Positions 33,794 to 35,677 of a stretch of 35,677 bases of DNA are shown here, piece by piece. The stretch is from a virus (Duplodnaviria > Caudoviricetes), in the IMG/VR virus record IMGVR_UViG_3300009684_000085, positions 1 through 35,677 of that record; one strand, 5' to 3'. The stretch's first letter is position 1, and every line of letters starts with the position of its first letter. The position numbers and the translations under genes are program-made. The notes below the pieces were generated by a model. That model was not told where the DNA came from and searched no databases. It was given only the letters and a program-made list of their open reading frames with translations.

Positions 33794-35677
33794 ATGGACT
33801 ACCAACAAGCCAAAGACACCAGAAAGAAATCTTTTGGTGATTTAATGTCGGAAAAAATTACCGGCGGTGAAGGCATTGGTTCGTCTTTCAAAAAAACAGT
33901 CTCCGAAAAAACAAAAGCAAAAATGGTTGGAATGAAAGAATCTTTCGACCCTATGAATATCGCCAAGAAATTAACTGGCGGTAGTAATCTTGCGGCCGCA
34001 GTAGTTGGTAAAATGACAGGTCGTAGTCAAGAACACATGGAGTATTTCACTGGTAAGAAGCCAGGTAAAGGTGGTTCGAATGGCAGTTTAGATAAAGAAA
34101 CTATGTCTAGTGCTGTAGAAATTCTTGGTTTAATTTATCGTGAAATGCAAAGAGCGAATGAAGATAAGTTATCTCAACAAAAATCAAAAGGTAATACTAA
34201 AGAAACAAAGTCTGATAAAGACAAAAAAGAAAATGACCTTTTAATTGAGGCATTAACTGGTAAAAAGAAAACTAGAAATCAAAAGAAAGCCGATAGAAGG
34301 CGTGAAAAGAAATCCGAGAAAAAAGGCAAAACGGCTGAATATATTAGTAGTGGCACCAAAGGAACATCAGGTAAAGCTGGATTAGGGAATGCCCCTTCAG
34401 TTGGTGGTAACATATCCAAAGGAGCAACAACGGCAAAATCAGGAATTGGTGCCGCAGCCGGCGGTGTTACCGCTGCCGGCGGCGCAGTTGGTGGAGGTGC
34501 CGCAACAGTTGGTGGAGGTGCCGCAGCAGTTGGTGGAGGTGCCGCAGCAGTTGGTGGAGGTGCCGCAGCAGTTGGTGGTGCCGCAGTTATTGGTGGTGTT
34601 GTTGCTGCCGGCGGTTTGATGGGTTATGCTTCTAAAGTAATTGCCTCACATGAAGGTTTACCAAAAGGTGGTAAAGCATATTACGATCCACACAATCAAA
34701 AACAATTGGTTTCTGTTGGATTCGGTCATCAAATTCAGCCACATGAATACAAACAAGGATTCATCCAAGCAGGTAATGACCAGATACCAATCAAAGGTGA
34801 AAAAGGTATTGATACTGTTGTTTCTTCAACTCAAGCACAGAATTTGTTATCTGCTGACTTACCAAAATATGAAGAACGTGCCAAGAAGCCATTGGGTGAT
34901 TCTTGGAATAAATTAAACGACAATCAAAAGACAGCACTAATATCTTATGCTTATAACACGGGTAGCACCAAGAGTTTAGTTGATGCAGGTTTAAAAGGTG
35001 CTATTGATAATGGTGATACACAAGGTGCCGCCAAAATTATTCGTGAAAAAGGTATCAGAACTGCTGGTGGTGTTGAGAATAAAGGCCTTGTCAAAAGAAG
35101 AAATGAAGAAGCCAACCTGTTTGCAGAAGAAGAAATTAAATCGACAGAAGGTAGCACCACACCATCCGGTCCAGTAAGTGTAAATGTCACTAAAGGTGCT
35201 GAAGAACAAAAGACCGCAGCTGATAGTGCTTCTAAAGTCGGTAGTGGAACATTAATGCAAAACATCAAACTCAAAGATTCAACTGTTGATGTTGATGGTT
35301 TAAATGGCCAAGTCAAAGCTAATTTTGCTAGAATGGCACAAGAATATTTTATGGTCACCGGCAAAAGAATACAGGTAAATTCTGCCTTCAGGTCAATGGC
35401 TGAACAAGAAGAATTATATAAAACAAAACCTCCAGGTATTGCTGCCAAACCAGGTTCATCAATGCACAATTATGGTTTTGCTATTGATATTAATTCAGGT
35501 GATGCCAATGCTTTGGTTCAAATGGGTTTGATGCAAAAATGGGGTTTTGAAAGACCGGTTATGCCAAAAGAAACCTGGCACATTGCACCAAAAGGTTTAT
35601 CACACGATTTGGCCAAAAAAGGAATATTCTCGGCTGATGCTCCAGTTGACCAAGGTGGTAAATCTACTGCTGCGGTA
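33794..35677 (+). CDS. Tape-measure/gp29-like tail protein with GH24 lysozyme and M15 (VanY-like) peptidase domains; 3' truncated (>628 aa)
   Basis: Not in the ORF track. ATG abuts the gp51 stop; MDYQQAKDTRKKSFGDLMSEKI..., open to the window end. GH24 motifs HEG...YYD...SVGFGH...ALISYAYNTG...GLVKRRNEEANLF (34649-35122); M15 motifs NSAFRS..EQ..LY...AKPGSSMHNYGFAIDI...ETWH (35378-35581). The tape-measure role is inferred from position. Confidence 0.8.
   Translation, partial: MDYQQAKDTRKKSFGDLMSEKITGGEGIGSSFKKTVSEKTKAKMVGMKESFDPMNIAKKLTGGSNLAAAVVGKMTGRSQEHMEYFTGKKPGKGGSNGSLDKETMSSAVEILGLIYREMQRANEDKLSQQKSKGNTKETKSDKDKKENDLLIEALTGKKKTRNQKKADRRREKKSEKKGKTAEYISSGTKGTSGKAGLGNAPSVGGNISKGATTAKSGIGAAAGGVTAAGGAVGGGAATVGGGAAAVGGGAAAVGGGAAAVGGAAVIGGVVAAGGLMGYASKVIASHEGLPKGGKAYYDPHNQKQLVSVGFGHQIQPHEYKQGFIQAGNDQIPIKGEKGIDTVVSSTQAQNLLSADLPKYEERAKKPLGDSWNKLNDNQKTALISYAYNTGSTKSLVDAGLKGAIDNGDTQGAAKIIREKGIRTAGGVENKGLVKRRNEEANLFAEEEIKSTEGSTTPSGPVSVNVTKGAEEQKTAADSASKVGSGTLMQNIKLKDSTVDVDGLNGQVKANFARMAQEYFMVTGKRIQVNSAFRSMAEQEELYKTKPPGIAAKPGSSMHNYGFAIDINSGDANALVQMGLMQKWGFERPVMPKETWHIAPKGLSHDLAKKGIFSADAPVDQGGKSTAAV
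34484..34585 (+). repeat. In-frame 21-bp tandem repeat GCAGTTGGTGGAGGTGCCGCA (4 copies plus one 18-bp copy), encoding AVGGGAA
   Basis: Copies at 34484, 34505 (1 mismatch), 34526, 34547, and 34568 (3-bp deletion). Confidence 0.95.

Noticed and set aside
34484-34585. CRISPR array
   Set aside because: Repeats are head-to-tail with no spacers and are in frame within a coding sequence
34389-35469. Short ORFs 34389..34619, 34641..34916, 34951..35469 and 34991..35209
   Set aside because: Alternative-frame or antisense shadows of the long open frame starting at 33794

Overview
AT-rich segment of a T4-like (Tevenvirinae/cyanomyovirus-type) myophage genome, covering the late tail and baseplate region; it is almost fully coding and shows no host, CRISPR, tRNA or rRNA features. 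The minus-strand block (read from ~31077 leftward) encodes gp48, gp53, a gp27-like hub, gp5 split into two genes, gp25, gp6, gp7, an inserted fibre-like gene, gp8, a 2114-aa DUF4815 virion protein and a small coiled-coil gene. It continues with a free-standing GIY-YIG homing endonuclease, an S74-chaperone tail fibre, a cluster of small adaptor and fibre genes, and at least three tandem glycine-rich paralogs. The plus-strand block encodes gp4, gp2, gp54, gp26, a gp51 C-terminal frame and a truncated tape-measure-like gene carrying GH24 lysozyme and M15 peptidase domains. Late promoter boxes (core TAAATA) precede many genes. Main candidates for novelty: (1) an apparent programmed -1 frameshift fusing gp26 to the gp51 frame directly before the tape-measure-like gene, as in lambda G/GT; (2) four consecutive genes ending in D-[GA]-G-x-F-COOH, interleaved with Mtd_N-like N-termini, suggesting a plug-and-socket fibre assembly chain; (3) a split, lysozyme-less gp5 with a P2 gpV-type HxH tip, with the wall hydrolases found in the tape-measure-like protein instead; (4) a structured intergenic element at ~9212-9297. 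All family calls come from motif recognition by eye, not database searches.
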